Part shown: piece after piece, positions 62,743 to 64,000 of the stretch
Layout: every line of letters starts with the position of its first letter
How positions within the stretch are numbered: position 1 is the stretch's first letter
Assembly (NCBI GenBank): GCA_051294375.1
Contig: JBJCIZ010000028.1
Location: 489,623-553,622 of the forward strand
Source: Paraspadella gotoi
Taxonomy: Eukaryota; Animalia; Chaetognatha
Direction of reading: 5' to 3'
DNA: 64,000 nucleotides
Position numbers and translations under genes: made by a program
The notes under the pieces: model-generated
The model's database searches: none
What the model saw: the letters and a program-made list of their open reading frames with translations, nothing else
What the model was told of the DNA's origin: nothing

Positions 62743-64000
62743 AAGAGGAAATTAGCTGAACAGAAAATCATTGACACGGAACATAAAAATTAGGACATGG
62801 GGAAGAAACAGGTGAATAAAAAAAACGTGACATATGAGGGGGGGAGAAAGCAGGGACATGGTAAGGGGGGACGATGAAATGAATATGATATGAAACAGTA
62901 ACAAGGAAAAAAAAAAACTGGAAAGTGAGGAAAATATGAAAAATGCTTTAAAAAAAAAAAAGAAGGCGGCAAAGTAAGATTTATGTGTTGAAAAAATGTT
63001 CTCGTCAAAATCTATGTTTTCATTTCGTTATTGTAGCAAAAATTCGCTGATAATAAAAAAAAAGTACTTTTAAGTTTTTTTGGTCATTTAATACAGTTTA
63101 TTTATAGATAAAGAATTTTTTCGATATATTTAATTTTTTTCGTGTTACCAACGAATAATGTCTTTTATTATCGACCTAATGTGAACCGTTATGGCGACTC
63201 TAAAGTTTATGGGAGATAGAGACAAGAGAGATTGCATCAAAGGACCACTTTGTTTAAGTTTATAATAGAGACAGAGAGAGATTGCATAAGGTGACCACTT
63301 CCCTTTAAGTTATAATTCCAGCTTAAAATTCGAGTCTCCCAACTTTTTATCAATATCGTTTCTCTTTTTTTTAATGTTTTCTTGAAAGAAAAAAAAGTTT
63401 TAAACATTTTTTTTCCCGCAAATGGATTGGGGAAGAAGAAAACGGAGGTAAATGATATCTTTGTTTTGTTGTTTTTCCTGTTGGTTTTTCTGTTTTAGTT
63501 TCGATTTTTCGAGTGTTTTTGTTTTTGGTTTTCCGTTAGAGGAAAGAAAAAAGAGAGAGACAGGAGGTTCACCCGACGAGGACATGACTTTGACATGACT
63601 TGACATGACATTGACGGTGAAAAGAACGACGGAGACGATGACATGAGACAATGAAAACTACGGCGTCTATGCGCGACGACGACGACGATGACAACGACGA
63701 CAAAGTTGTCGACGACGATGACAACGACGAAGATGAAGATAATAATCAACGAGGAACACGTGGATGCTAACAAGGACGCCGGGTATCAAATGAAATTACT
63801 AATGATGATGAGACGAAAAACGATGACAATGATGACAACGGAATGCAACAACGATGACGACGACGATGCTGACGAAGACGTCGAAGACAACGACATTGAA
63901 GACGACAATGACAACGACGACGGACAAAGACGCCGGACGGACGACCTTCCAAAATCATTTTATTTTCCCAGGGCGGTCCCCGCTTCCGTCATTTTTATCT

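Overview
Draft-quality genomic window from an intron-rich eukaryote, most likely an invertebrate animal. It has N-gaps, abundant (GA)n/(CT)n tracts and several stretches that look like uncorrected long-read gap fill. Splicing exons by hand gives three plus-strand genes. (1) The 3' half of an OATP/SLCO organic-anion transporter (<50-19014). (2) A complete 7-exon secreted fibrinogen-related protein (20553-23464, 301 aa). (3) An axonemal dynein intermediate chain of the DNAI3/WDR63 (IC140) type with about 32 exons (24461 to ~62.7-63.6 kb). Two antisense genes are nested in introns. One lies in the SLCO intron (15059->10846) and encodes three modules, each made of paired ~24-aa G/N-patterned repeats resembling RHIM/HET-s amyloid signalling motifs; the last module ends in a C-terminal membrane anchor. 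This is the best candidate for an undescribed system. The other lies in a DNAI3 intron (~33100->30185) and encodes a charged, tail-anchored protein with a complexin-like helix. Also present: a CCA-bearing, 5'-truncated tRNA-Lys retrocopy; a Penelope-type remnant with a minimal hammerhead ribozyme; a full-length CsRn1-clade Ty3/Gypsy element with LTRs and an ATAT target-site duplication; a ~200-bp interspersed repeat family; and several minisatellites that amplify exon-intron junctions. Family assignments rest on recalled motif consensus, not database searches.
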